A stretch of 64,000 nt of DNA, taken from positions 1,837,989-1,901,988 of the forward strand of contig CAVNZM010000017.1 in NCBI GenBank assembly GCA_963693365.1, written 5' to 3'. A model generated the notes under the pieces. That model worked only from the letters and a program-made list of their open reading frames with translations, did not search any database and was not told the DNA's origin. Shown here in pieces: positions 25,297-40,383 of this stretch. The position numbers and the translations under genes are program-made. Numbering within the stretch: position 1 is the stretch's first letter; every line of letters starts with the position of its first letter. The stretch comes from Amoebidium appalachense (taxonomy: Eukaryota > Protista > Ichthyosporea).

Positions 25297-27137
25297 ATGG
25301 CGTCCATCACCTCTGCTTACAGCTCGCCCAAGAAGATGGTGTCCGTTCTCTCTGCCTGCAATACGCCGGGCAAGTCCGGCAAGAAGGTCAGCTGCGGAGA
25401 CCGCTTCATCACCAACCGGTCATCTATGGACTACGACGCCTCCCACTATGCCATGATTAAAACCAAGGAGAATGCCGGGGAGTTGAGCGACTGGGACAAG
25501 TCTACACAGGCTGCCTGCTTCACCGCCGCACCCGAGGCGAAGGTGCTCGCCTACTCCCAGAAGCCCCCCGCTCCCCCAGAGGGCCACATGGCCAGCGTTC
25601 GTGCAGTTTTCCAGCAGAACGCAAAGATTCAACGCAAGAAGACCGCCCGTCACATCCCTACCAGCTCGGAACGAGTGCTTGACGCTCCCGACTTCCGTGA
25701 CGATTACTACCTCAACCTTCTGTCGTGGCACCCCCAGAGCAGCCACCTCGCCGTTGCCCTAGGGCCCACCGTCTACATCTGGAACTCCGACAACGGTGAC
25801 ATCACCAAGCTGATGGACCTTCCGGGCGAAGATGACTACGTCAGCTCTGTGTCGTGGATGTCCGAAAACAATATCCTCGCTGTTGGCACCAGCACCAACG
25901 AGGTGCAGCTGTGGAACCTCGAGGCCACCAAGCGCATCCGCACTATGCACGGCCACAACTCCCGTGTCGGCTCTCTCGCATGGAACCGCAATGTTCTTGC
26001 GTCTGGCAGCCGCAGCGGTAACATTCATCTTCACGATGTCCGCATCCAGAACCACCACATCGACACCCTTCAGCAGCACACCCAAGAGGTTTGCGGTCTG
26101 GAGTGGTCCAAGAATGGTGTTCTTGCCAGCGGTGGCAACGACAACATTGTGAACATCTGGGACCAGCAAGCCAATGGCTCCCCACGATTCACCTTCACCG
26201 ACCACCAGGCTGCCGTTAAGGTAATTATCCGCCAGTTCTGTCATTGGCTAAAAACCCCTTTGCCCTTCGATCTGGGAACTATAAGGCAGCAAAACCTTTG
26301 CATATGCAGGATGAAGAGTTAATTAACCCCTAAGCCTGTTTTTCGTTAAAACTCAAACGGCCCTTTTCCCCACAAGTTGAACACCATAGCCCTTGCATCT
26401 GTGGGTTGAGAACATTCACACAACCTTTTTCTAGCCTTCCCTTTTGCCTTTACATAAGACTGATTCTTCTTTTCTCTTCAGGCGCTGGCGTGGTGCCCGT
26501 GGCAGGACAACCTTCTTGCCACTGGTGGCGGCACCGCCGACCGGAGCATCAAGTTCTGGAACACCACTTCTGGACAGCTTGTTAACAGCATCCAGACCGA
26601 CAGCCAAGTGTGCTCTCTGCTCTGGTCAAAGGAGCACCGCGAGATCATCTCTTCCCACGGGTTCTCCAAGAACCAGCTCTGCATCTGGAAGTACCCGTCT
26701 ATGGCCCTCGTTGCTGAGCTCATGGGTAGGTTTCCCTTCCAAAATTTGGTTACGCTACTGTCTCTTTGTTTACCACACGATACCATATGCAAATGATTAC
26801 ACACACCAACTCAAGCATCCTACTCTTTCTCTCTTTGCTCTGAGGTTTGCCCTTGAGATCATTATCTTATATAGCCCAAGTTTGCTTGTTTTTTATTTTT
26901 TGTTTTTTTATATTTTTGTGGTCGTTGTTGAAGACCTATTCACGACTGCTTGCAGGGCACACCCAGCGAGTTCTCAACATGGCCATGTCACCCGACGGCC
27001 AGACCGTGGTCAGCGCTGCCGGTGACGAGACACTCCGCTTCTGGAACTGCTTCGCTTCGGACAGTGCCCGCAAGACTGCTGCTGTCAAGAACACCAAGGG
27101 GGGCTTCGCACCGTCCATCCAGCGCAGCATTCGCTGA
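25297..27137 (+). CDS. CDC20: APC/C coactivator Cdc20/Fizzy (WD40), about 449 aa, 3 exons
   Basis: Exons 25297-26220, 26482-26725 and 26956-27137. C-box DRFITNR, Mad2-interaction-like [63 protein letters not shown] and a C-terminal IR tail. Confidence 0.96.
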
Positions 27138-28596
27138 AGGAAAACTCTTGCCTAATCTCTAACAACCCCTGGGCATGTATGTTTCTCTTCTATAAGCGCT
27201 TTGCTTCCGCTTGTGGTGGCCGGTTGTGTTGTGATTTGCATGAGGTGCAACAGTGGTGGATGAATGTTGCCATGCGCTCCCCCCCCCCCCCCCCCCCCCC
27301 CCCCCCAAACTCCATTCCCCTTTTGCCTCCCCCAATCTGTGCTTCCTGTAGCATTGCCTCCGTTTCTCCCCCTGAAGAAGTTGCTTTGCACTCTCTTCTT
27401 GTGTGCTGAAATAATCGTGGCACTGCTTCTTTTGTGGTTTGGAAACAGCATTTGCATTTTGCACAGCTGTCCTGCCCTCCACCCCTTATCCCTTACACCA
27501 TCCTTGGATTTGCACGGTTTGGCATTCTGGGTCAAAAGGTGGGGCGCCAGCCAGCGAGCGCACACCATGTCCCAGGCACGTTCAGCAACGGCCTGGGCAT
27601 GGCGGCCTTGCATTGTGTCTTTCGGCATATGCTCGGCAAAGTTTTTCATTCACAAAGAGACTGTCAGACGCCCCTTCCTTTTCAATACCAGTGGCTGTGC
27701 CGTGTGTGGTTCCAAGGCCTTTATTCTCTCCCCTTTTCTCAAACTGACAACCCGTATGTATTATTTTGGCATGGAAGTTTTCGATAGAAGAATGAATATC
27801 TTGCCCAATGGGCATGTGTCTATCGACACAATGTATATAGAAGGCTCAACTTGTGTGTGTGTGTTTTGGTTCGTCCGGCACCCGTAAGGGCATGTGAACT
27901 TTTGCAACAGGTGGGTTGCAGTGTAATGAATGAATGCGGAAGCAAGCGCACACCCTCTGAAGTCAAAGTTTGCTGGAAACAACGCACTGCATTTGCGCAC
28001 AAACACATACACACACACGGTACACACCAAAGGGGGGGGGGGGGACAAAAAAAACATGCCTTGACATGATAGTTAATAAAAACACGCCCGCACACATGCA
28101 CCATGGGCTCGTTTCTCCCCTGCCCAGCCGCCACGAGGCATGCACCCTTTCCCCCGGCCCAAACCTGGCACAAGGGGATCCGAATTCTAATATAACTTTA
28201 TATGTTCGTGAACTTTACGTTCGCTATTTTGACCCATCTGTAGCTACCACCTGCCCCTCCAATGCATATCCAAAGTTCTTGGTCGGGGGCCGGGTCCGGA
28301 ACCGCCATCCTGCATGTGCACACCGTAAAATGGAGATTCGGTGCATGTACTGATATGTGTGCACCCGCCATACACGGTATCGATATCCACGTGTGTAAAA
28401 TCATATATAGAGTTCCACGAATCATCAAGGCGCTTTTCTGAAATACTGCTCAGCATTACGGTTGGCGATTGGTTTACGTGTACACCAACCCCCCTTCCCG
28501 CCGCAGATACTAAAGTCTCTTTGCCTGAGGAGGGAGGGGGAGGTGAGGGCATTTTCTGTTTCCCAATAAATTTCTCAGTACTCCCCCCCCCCCCCC

Positions 28597-28690
<94 letters not shown>

Positions 28691-29098
28691 GCGTCATTAG
28701 TAGACACCAAAAGCACAAAGAGAGACCATATCAAGATATTTTACTAAATGTACTTGGGCCGTATGCCGTTCAAAGCATTCTAACAGAAAATTCAACATTG
28801 ACAAACACACACCGTCTCGGAATTCGAATTAGTAACACTAGCTATAGGCTAGTGCTATCGTGTATACTTCGTATATATGTAGTCCAACACTGAATGGAGG
28901 GCCGCGGCACGTGCACAGTATCTTTGAGATAGAAGATAGAAGAGTTGCAGGCCTAGGTGGATGGGATGGGACGGCTTATAAAGTTATCGTGCACGTGGTG
29001 CAATTATTCTGTGCTTTCTTGCTGTACCTTGCTCTACATTATACCAAGCCACCATCAGAATTCTGTGCTTCGTATACAATTGAGTCAGTCACACTATC

Positions 29099-29140
<42 letters not shown>

Positions 29141-29579
29141 CCAAAACTACCGGCCAACTTCGAGGCTCTAGATCTCTCTATCTCAACCCTTTTTTTTGAT
29201 TAGTAACGGACCATATCGCCATTTCCCGGTGTGATGTAAGCATGGCGTCGATTGATATGTATAATAAGGTTAGTGCAAACGTCACCGATTCAATTTGGCC
29301 GGTATACGTATGGCATATGTGTACGTGGACGAAACACACGATGAATGGCTTGCCTACATCTGGCAATGTCATTTCCTTTTTAGGCAGTTGCGCAGTCGAG
29401 ACAAGCAGTTGAGTTTCTTTAACATCAAATACACGTATATTCGTGACCGCAGTTATGATGCAAATACACACCATCGTGCACATGATCTCACGGCACACAC
29501 ATGCACAAGTCGTATACAACCACACATACACCTTCACATGCACACGCGCGCACACACAACATGGATTGCACACACACCT

Positions 29580-29610
<31 letters not shown>

Positions 29611-29681
29611 GGAGGAGAAGGGGGAGAATATGATGCGTTACAGATATAATTAGGCCTTTGAGAGCAGAATGTGTGTGTCCA

Positions 29682-29718
<37 letters not shown>

Positions 29719-30437
29719 ACGCGCGTGTGCGTGTGCCTGCCCGTGCGTGAGCGCACGTGTGTCTGTGTGCCTGTGTGTTTGTGGTGGTGGACCAGGTGGT
29801 GGTGGTGGGCTGGGGGGGGAGGGGGGGGGGGGGGGGGGGGGAGGGAATCTGGGAGGGATGTGTGCTTCATGGCCAAGTTGCTGCTTCAAACACATTGCCC
29901 ATGGAACTGAAAGCACGGGAGAGGTATTTATTGAGATGTTGTGTCTCTAGATGCTGTGTAACTCGGTTTCGAACAGAGAAAGAAAAAATTGAAATATACA
30001 AATATGGCACGCCCAGTCTTTAGTCAGGCCACGAATCGACTGTCATGTTTATGTTACATGTTCAACCTCCTTTTCATAACCTCCTTTTCTCTAATCACCT
30101 TGCCCGAACCAGGCGCATGTATGTGCACTGTGCCACACCCCAGAAATTCAATAATGAGGGTTGCAAGTACGTGTATTTAAAGACAGTACGATGTACTTTC
30201 GAATCTTTGTTAAAATACTGTATTTTATACAAAAAAAACTCTTTTGGTAAAAAGAAACATAATGGATAGAAAAACCTCGGGAATAAAAACATAATTACAT
30301 GTATAACCTTGCTGCTCTGTCAGGCAGATCAAAACCATGTCGGCCCGGGATTATCAAGCTACTCTGGTCATCACACACACGATTACACCAACAAAATTAG
30401 ATATGCCTCGCGTGTGCTTAGAAAAATCACTAAATTA

Positions 30438-31791
30438 CTAAGTCTGAACTATCTGTAAAAACGAAGAAGCCACCAACAGATTTCGGTGTTTGATAATCGG
30501 TGCACCGTAAAAGCTTGAAAACTGAACGTCTCTGACCGGATTACAAATAAAATTCCATTTCATAGAAACTGTGATATCAAGGAGGTTCCCCCTGTATGGA
30601 TATACTTGTATGGATATACTGTATGGATGTATTTGTATAAATATGCTTGTATAGGTAAACTTTAAGGGTATACCTTAACTATATTCCTACTTTTTTTATT
30701 GTATACTTATAAACGGTATATGTTTTATGGCATCTGGGTTGTTGTTGCCCTGGCAGCCGGAGGGAGTAATCAGTACGCGTTTGATCCCTTTGATGGTTAC
30801 TTGACTTTGATGTTTACCGAGTCCTTGAAAGACTGTGTGGGGGTTAAGATAAGTTATCAAACACGTTGATGCAAAACAACATAATATGTGCTCATTGTTT
30901 CTTCTTTGCGATGCCACACAGATAGCTTGAGATACCGGGGAGGAAAAAGAAAGGAACGTGCATGCGAAAGTGCATTTGTGTAGTGTGCGGCTGTCATGTG
31001 TGGGTTAAGTGAACAAGTGACTGAGTCAATGAGTGAGTAAGTGTGTGAGAGTGCGGGTGTTACTGGGGGTGATTGTGTGGTCGTGTGGTGGTGTGTGAGT
31101 GACTGAGTGTGAGTGTGAGTGTGAGTGTGAGTGTGAGTGTGAGTGCGAGCACGCGGCGCGCGCGCGCACGCGCGTGAGTCTACGTTTGTGTGTGTATACG
31201 TGTGTATGTGTGCCTGCGTCAGTGTGTGTGTGTGCATATACGGGCACACGTGCTTATGCGTGTTACTGACTAAGAGAGCGTGCATGAGCACATATCTACT
31301 GTATATACCGACATGTGTTATCGACGTGCGATTGCATTGCGTTACGTGATTGCGCTTCCAAGCAATTTTCGAATTATTTCTCAAAGCATTATCAAAGCAT
31401 TTATGATGAACCATTTTAGATAAACTGTCTCGAAAGCACCGCTCACATAATTTTGAAAACCAGCATTTTGCAAGTATTTTTTTCCTTGAAATATCTCCAT
31501 TTCGACCGTTCCAAAAGCAATGCAAAGCAATTGTGAAGCATTTTCACGGCAAATTGGGACATATTCACACTCATTGCACCCATGTACTTATGTGTTTGCG
31601 TCACTTACATCGACAATATTTAGTCCGGTAAGTTTTTCCACAAGGGGAGGTAGCTGTGTGATTATTTCGATGACTTCTCCCGTCACACGGGCAGCCCCTA
31701 CGTCCTCTTCATCAGCACTTATCATCACCAGTTTGTCCATGCGGGAAAGGGGCGCTGCAACTTCGGCAGTAACCTGTATTTGTGTGTGTGT

Positions 31792-31858
<67 letters not shown>

Positions 31859-32356
31859 GGGGGGAGGGGGGGGAGGGGAGGGGGGGAGGAGGAGGAGGGG
31901 GAGGGGGGGGAATGTTTGTGTATGTGTGTTGAGGGGTGTGTGCGTATGTGTACGTGTTTGTGTGCATGTTGGGGGGAGGGGGGAGGAGGAGGAGGAGGGG
32001 GAGGGGGAGCGGTGTGTAGTTGTGTGTGTGTGTGTGTGTGTGGTTGGGGGGGGGGGGGGGGGGGGGGGGAGGGGGTGTTGTTAATGTGTGCGGAAAGCGG
32101 ACAGGGCGAGGGGGGGGAAGAGCGGGCGTGTGTGTTTGTGTGTGTGTGCGTGTGTGTGTGCGCCCGCCCGTGGGTGTGTGTGCGCCCGCGTGTTGGTGAG
32201 TGTGCATGTGTGTGTGTGTGTACGCGTGTGTGCCTACAGCACCCTCCCCGTCTTTCCCAATCTCTCACCGCCAATCTTCCTCCCATCACTCCCACCTCTA
32301 TACATGCACACACACACCGTTATTCACTTACTCGCTCACTATCTTTACCACGTTCC

Positions 32357-32390
<34 letters not shown>

Positions 32391-33973
32391 ACCCACACAC
32401 AGACATGCAGACAATGCACACACCCAACCCACGAAGCTCCCCCCATACCCCCTCCCCTCCCCCCGCGCCGCCCGATGTCACACCACTCACTCAGCCCCCC
32501 CCCCCCCCCCCCCCCTCTCCCCCCTCCCCCCGTCCCACCACCACCACCTCCCCACCCCCCTCCCCACCCCCCCTCCACAGCCACACCCCCCGTCTCGCCT
32601 CCCCCTCCAAGTTCTCTTCCCCCCCCCTCCCCCTCTCCACACACACACCACACACACATATACACATCTACCCACCCACCCACCCACCCACCTCCACCCG
32701 GCAACCCCCCCCCCCCCCCCCCCCCCCACGCCACCCTCGCCTCCTCCAAGCACACACACATCCCCCTCTCCACATTCGCTAGAGCCTGGATTCAACCCCC
32801 CCCCCCCCCCCCCCCCAACCCTCCCCTCTTCAGCCTCTTTCCCCCGCCCCTTTGTCCCCCCCCCCCCCCCCCCGCCCCTTTCCCCCGCCCCTTTGTCCCC
32901 CCCCCCCCCCCCCCCCCCCCCCCCGCCCCGCCCCTTTGCTCTTCCCACTTTTTCTCTCTCCACATGAACCCACCGTAAACACCTAAACACACATCTCCCC
33001 CCTTTTACCTTAGGCAGTGCCTGGAAGATCATATCAGCCACCGCAGCCTTTCCATATCGCCTATAGGCCTCAGCTCTCAGCTGCATGGCCTCGGCATGTG
33101 CCTTGCCCTGAAGCTCAATGGCTTCGGCTTCCGCCTGTCCCTTGGCCTGAAACATAAATCCACACATGTGAGGAACACTTGAAATTTCATTTTATCATGG
33201 AAAAGTACTATATAGCAGACCCAGCCACACATGGGGCCCGGCTCCCGTGTATTCCGTAACCTGAAAACATAAATCCATGCATGTGAGAAACTAGGGAGTT
33301 TCATACACGAGCGTTCACTATGACAGTCACGGGGTAGGATCGTCAACTTTCTCTTCTCTTCTCTCATCTACTCTTTCTCTAAGCTTTTGACGATCTATAA
33401 GGATGAAAATAAAAATCCTAAATCCAGAAATTGTCAAAATCCGGATTTCAGGGATTGATGGATCCGAAATCAGATCTTACCTGGATCATAAATTGGAATT
33501 AATAAGAACATTAAATAGAATTAACAGGAATTCCATGTAAATGAAGCTCATCCAATTCGATGACGTGACCTGCTGATAGTTACCATGACGACATCGGCTT
33601 CAGCCTGCCCCGTGGCCCGAAACACATGGATGTGAGAAAAGTTAAGATTTCATGATTGTCAAAACCACACAGAATCATTGGTTCAAACCAATTTTTGTTT
33701 TTTATTTAATAAGTTAACCAATTGTAATCTTAGTCAGATTTTCCAGAAATAAATTGGTTCATAGGAGGTTGAGTTGTTGCACGTCCATCAAAACGAAAAG
33801 GGGCAAGGGCGGGGGGAGGGGGGGGGGGGAAGGGAAAGACAAACAGACCTTGATAGCTTCTGCCTGAGCCTCGGCTTCCAGTGTCAGTCTTGCCCTGTGT
33901 GCGTGTGCGTGCGTGTGCGTGTGCGCGCGCGTGTGTGTGTGTATGCATGTGTGCGGCCACATACACTTGAAAA

Positions 33974-34013
<40 letters not shown>

Positions 34014-34386
34014 ATATGTCAACAGTCTTAAACGACCTCGTGTGGTATGGGCCTCCTGCCGGGCGGACGGGCGGGCAGGGGGGAGGGGGAGGGGGGGGGG
34101 GGGGGAGAGGGAGGGAACCGAATGTCTGTGCATAAGAGGCGGGAGTGTGATATGGAGGCTCAAATACGATATGAACATTGGCAAATAACGGATATTTAAT
34201 ATGGGAAATTGGTTTAGGGAACATTATACATGTAAAACGGGGTCTACGAAGCACGGATGAAAGCATTGGGTAATACTGATTGATATGCTCACACAACAAT
34301 TCATTGTTTTTGTTTGCGTTGTGGCCTAGAAGGTGTGAATAGATAGTGGTGGGTGGGTGAATGGAAGGGTGAGGGTGAGGTTTGGA

Positions 34387-34424
<38 letters not shown>

Positions 34425-34821
34425 GGGGGAGGGGAGAGTGGGGTTTGAAGAGGAGGTGGGCTGCAAAACTGGCTGTGAATACGTCCCTCCTCCTTCGTGT
34501 CATCGTTTGGAAAGTGTGTGTGTGTGTGAGGGGGGGAAGGGAGAGTGGGGTTTGAAGAGGAGGTGGGCTGCAAAACTGGCTGTGAATACGTCTCTCCTCC
34601 TTCGTGTCATCCTCTATCCATTCTCTCGCGCTCTCTCTCTGTCCACCCCCCCCCCCCCCCCTCCCCCCCCCCCCCCCCCTTCCCCCTCCCTCTCTCCCCA
34701 CACCCACCCACACAACCATACCTAAACACACATGCACACGCATGCATGGAGCCGGCGAGCGCGCGCGCGGGCACACACACACACACACTCACCTACCCAC
34801 CCACCCACACACCCACACACT

Positions 34822-34854
<33 letters not shown>

Positions 34855-34880
34855 ACGTGTGGACACACACATGCTCTTCT

Positions 34881-34933
<53 letters not shown>

Positions 34934-35261
34934 CCCTCCCTCCCCCCCCCCCCCCCCCTCTCTCGTGTGTGTGTGTGTGTTTGTGTGGGGGGAGGGGGGG
35001 GGGGGAGGAAAATACTTTGCTGCAGCGCCTGCCAGCTCGAGCTTTGTCTTCTCTGCCTCACTGGGTAGCTTGACGCTAGTCACCAATTCCTACAACCAGA
35101 CCCGTCAATACGCAATCATGTAGGCGATAGATAAATCGAAGAGAAGAGGGGAACGTAGGGTGGGTTTATAGTGAATGTGTTCGTACAAGGCACACACAGG
35201 TGCGTCTCCCCCGGGGAGGGGGGGGGGGGGGGGAGGTGGATAATGGCATGTAACCCCCCCC

Positions 35262-35311
<50 letters not shown>

Positions 35312-35653
35312 AAAGAAAAAAAAGAGAAAAAAGAAAACCCATCCACCAACTTACACACAGTATCATTCCAACCAACCATCAGACCCCCCCCCCCCCCCCC
35401 AAAAAAAAAAAGGAGGGGGGGAGGGGGTGGGGGCGGGGTGTGAAGAAAAACCATTCGGATCACCACACCCACCGTCCCCCTCCTCCCCCATCCCCCCCCC
35501 CCCCCCTCCCCCCCCCTCTCCCCCCCACAACACACCCACAGACATACCTTTTCCCTCCTCAGGGCCTCTTGCATCTGCACCTCGATCATCTTCTCTCTCT
35601 CAACCACTATCTGCTGTGTGGCCTCCTCCTTGATCTTTTGCATGGAGATGGCC

Positions 35654-35727
<74 letters not shown>

Positions 35728-35984
35728 CGCATTGGGTGTCAGGGTGTGCGTGCCTGCGTGTAAGTGTGTGAGTATGTGAGTCAGGCAGTGAGCGAGTGGC
35801 TGTTTGTCTGCTTGCGCATGGGTGGTGGGGACCGGTGGGGGCGACGTGGGGGGGGGGGGGGGGGGGGGGGGGGAGGGGGGGAGGAGGGGAGGCGGATAAA
35901 ACACATTTGTGGAGTCAGTCAAGGGGAAAACGAGCTCCAAAGTAGAAAATGCACACCGAGAAGGGAATGTGGGGGTCAGGGGGG

Positions 35985-36036
<52 letters not shown>

Positions 36037-36250
36037 GGGGAGGGGGAGGGTGGGGAGGGACGGGGGGGGACCAATAATTATCTGAGGGGGTGCAGGGCAA
36101 AAGGGGAGGGGGGGGAAGGAGGAGGGAGGGGGGATTGGAAGGGGAGGTTGGGGATATTTTTAGCCTTTGGATTATCTAACTGATAAGTGCCTGTGTGTTA
36201 GCTGCATGGCAGAGGGGAAGCAAGCAAAATGTTGTATGGGCGGCGATAGG

Positions 36251-36338
<88 letters not shown>

Positions 36339-36444
36339 ATTTGAGTATGTGTATGTGTGTGTGCATTTGAGTATGTGTATGTGTGTACGTGTTGTGGGTA
36401 TGTGTATGTGTGTGTGTGTGTCTCATCGGGTGGTGTGTCACAGT

Positions 36445-36505
<61 letters not shown>

Positions 36506-36677
36506 TGGGATGGGGGGGAGGAGGAGGAGGGGGAGGGGGGGGGGTGGGGGGTGGGCGGATCTTACCTGGAGCTGGTATTCGAGTTCACTATCAGCCTGCT
36601 TTGTGGCTATGCTGGCATCAAAGCTGGCCTGACGCAGCTACATGGGGGCAGAGTGTTAGTGTGTGTACGGTGTGTAC

Positions 36678-36724
<47 letters not shown>

Positions 36725-36936
36725 TGTGCGCGCGTGTTTGTGTGTGTGTGCGCGCGCATGTGCAAAACAAACCCCGCAAAAGAAAGAAGGATGTGGGCTT
36801 TAGAGGGTCGAGGAAAAAGGAGGCGACACAAATTCAAAAAAACAAGAACACAACATACCCTGGAGACAGCAAAAGAAATCTCCAGCAGAGGTACATTTCA
36901 GAGAGCCTATGGGGGGAGAGAATATTGGGCAAGAGA

Positions 36937-36967
<31 letters not shown>

Positions 36968-37150
36968 AGGATATGGAGGGACGGTATGTACCTCGAGGAT
37001 CGTATAAAAACATACTTTGTAATCTCATATCCTCCCCCCCTCCCCCCCCCCCCAGTCGGGGCAAAGGTGGAACTCCACACGAACGACAAAACAAAACCAT
37101 CATTGTCCACATGCGGGAAGAAAGGGAGGCAGGGAGGAGCGTGTTTGTGT

Positions 37151-37197
<47 letters not shown>

Positions 37198-37383
37198 CGC
37201 GCGTATGTCTGGAGGGGGGGGGGGGGGGGGGGGGGGATGTTTGGTGCCAACCTGATAGTCTCTCTCCGCCTGTGCTATGTCTGCATCACAGAGGTACTTT
37301 GCTGCCAGCCGTGCCTGTGACGCCTCTGCTTGCTACAGCCATGCACGCGCACTTCAGAACCAGAAACACACACCCACATTTGC

Positions 37384-37414
<31 letters not shown>

Positions 37415-38074
37415 TTCCCCTACTGTTTCCCTTCCACCCACTGTGGTACTCCTGGCTTTCTCCCCAAACAATCGAAAATGTGTGCGTTCAGAAACATGAA
37501 AACATCATATTACATTTATAGTTGGATACTTTAAATAACGTCTTCTATGTGCCTGTCCCTTTAACAACCCCCTCCCCCCTCCCCCCCCTCCCCCTCCCCC
37601 CCCCCACACACACACACGAACACGGGCATGCTACATCGTAAATGTGTTGTAGATTGTACAAAAAAGACACATGGAGCGAGAGAAATTTTTTGAAAAGAAA
37701 CGTCGGCTCTCTTCCTCTGTGACGCTCCCTCACGCCCACACCCTGGCTCGGACACACACATACGCACATTGCCCATTAACCCTTACACTTGCTTATTATT
37801 CTCCTATGTGCACATATCGTACCCATGGACAGGTACACACACACAAACGCACACAAACACAATCACAAACACACACACACACACACACTGGCGCACCGAC
37901 CCACACCTACCTGTACATCCACCCACACCACGCACACCCACCCACCCACCCACCCACACGCACCCCCCCCCCCCCCACACACACACACCTTGATGATAGC
38001 GTCTCTGTGTGCCTCCGCCTCTCCAATCCGTGCATCTCTCTGCACCTCCGCTGTGCGCTTCATACCGAGTGCCT

Positions 38075-38118
<44 letters not shown>

Positions 38119-38653
38119 AAAACAAAAACAAAAACAAAAACACCAGTAAGAAACAGCAGGAAAAAGGGGAAGGACGTGGTGTCTCTGATACCTCATACAC
38201 GATCCCCACCTCCCCCCTCTACCCTCCCATCCCCTTCCTCCCTTTTCTTTTCTCCCGCATGAAATTGAGCTTTTGGGTGTGACTATTGTGCATATGTAGA
38301 TGTGTCGGCATGTATGTGTGTGTGGATGGAGGGAGAGAGGAGCGGGGATGGACTCTCCTTTTTTTTTTTTTTTTTTTTTTTGGGGGGGGGGGGGGGGGGG
38401 GAGGGGGGAGGGGGTGGGGGATGGAGGGAGAGAAAAGGAGAGGAGATAGAAGCCCCTGCTTAGGCCGGATAAATGCGATGGTGGCATGAGGCCTTTTTTT
38501 GCCTTTCCCCCCATTTCCCCCCCACTTTCTTTTCCCCTTTCTTTCTTTCTTCACCCCCTCGAGCCTCCCCCCCCCCCCCCCCCCCCCCCTTTTTTTTTCT
38601 TCTTTTTTTCTTTCTTTTTATTTTTTTTTGTGTGTGTGTGTGTGAGTGAGTGA

Positions 38654-38702
<49 letters not shown>

Positions 38703-39737
38703 TGAGTGAGTGAGTGTGTGAGTGTGTGCGCATGTACGTGTAATGCATGCATGTGTATTGGGGGGGGGGGGGGGGGGGGGGGGGGAGGGGGGAGATAACC
38801 TTGAGATAACCGTGCTGGTCACGGATATCCTTGATGGTGTATGAGACTATGGTGATGCCCATAGCCTGCAGGTCTTGCGACGCCACGGTGTACACGGCCT
38901 CGGCAAATTTCTTGCGGTCCTGGTATATCTCCTGCATGGAGATAGACAGGTGGGTGTCAATAATAAAGCGTCGGGATAACTCGTGCTCGTGAAGAGATAG
39001 CTGGCCATAATAATTTTTGATGACTTTCTTGAGATACTTGTATAATATGGTCAGATGATATCTCATGGATATGATACAACAAACAATGATTACTATCCTA
39101 AGCAACGGAGCAAATGGCATCAGCAAAATTCCTGGCACATCTCATGCTGGTAATAGTAAGTGAGCACGATGAAAACCAAAATTACAGTACATCTTCACAC
39201 TTTCTTCCTGGCATAGATAAACTGTGATCCATAATCCTGAATGCCCAGGGATAGACAAGCAATTTTCATTCAAGCCCGGTATATACCCTGCCCGTAGGCA
39301 GACACATGGCGGTTAATAAAAACCTGGTATATCTCATGCATGTGGATAGACCAATGACAACTGTAGGCCGGTCGAGCAAAGCCGTGTGTGGCTCTGTGGC
39401 TGTCAGCATTGTGACACAGATGCTCAAAGCAACGTTATTGAAACTTTCCTTGCTTACAGATGCACTTTTTCCCCAGCCTGAGGGCACGATTCTTTGTAGA
39501 GGTTGAGCATCTGTGTGATGACCAACCAGCCTGGTTGCTATATACCTTATACCCCCACTTGATATCATTAATGCACAAACGACACATACACATGTATTTA
39601 ATTCTAAACATTCAACGCCTTTTCCATTTCCGTTGAGGGAAGTGGGGCGGGCAGTAAGGTTTATTGATACTAAATGTGACCCGGAAGCAGGCAAAGGGCA
39701 AGGGAGGGTGGTGGGGGGGAGGGCCGGGGAGCGTGTG

Positions 39738-39797
<60 letters not shown>

Positions 39798-40351
39798 TGT
39801 GTGTGAGAGAAGGGGGAGGGGGGAGGGGCCAGATGTGTTTAGCAGTACGGAGTATAAGACCACACAGCGAAGACCATAGTGCCATTCACATACGAACACC
39901 AACACACAAAGGTGTTGAAGTACGACAGATTGCAGAGAAGGCAAAAAGAGAAAACACCAACACAAACAACACAAAAATTTTAAAAAAATAAAATCACGTG
40001 ACGGTGTGTGCACGTGCACGTATGCACGTGGGTGTTCTCCCCACCTCGACGGTCATAGTTCCCATGATGGCTCGTTGGTGGCCCTCCTGTAATGACAAAG
40101 TATGAGGTTAGGCGACCTCCCCCCCCCCCCCCCCCCCCTTCCCCTTCCTCCCCCCTTCTCCCCCCTCGATCCCTAACACTTTTCTTTCCTTTTTTTTTTT
40201 CTTTTTGAGTGAGTCGTCACATGCATCCCCCCCCCCCCCCCCCCCCCTCTCCTCCCCCCCCCTCTTTCTTCCCTACCCCCCACCCGCCCACCCACATGGT
40301 TTCGCAGTATAGTCATGCATACGGAGCTGTGTTGGGGGTTGGCTGAGGCCG

Positions 40352-40383
<32 letters not shown>

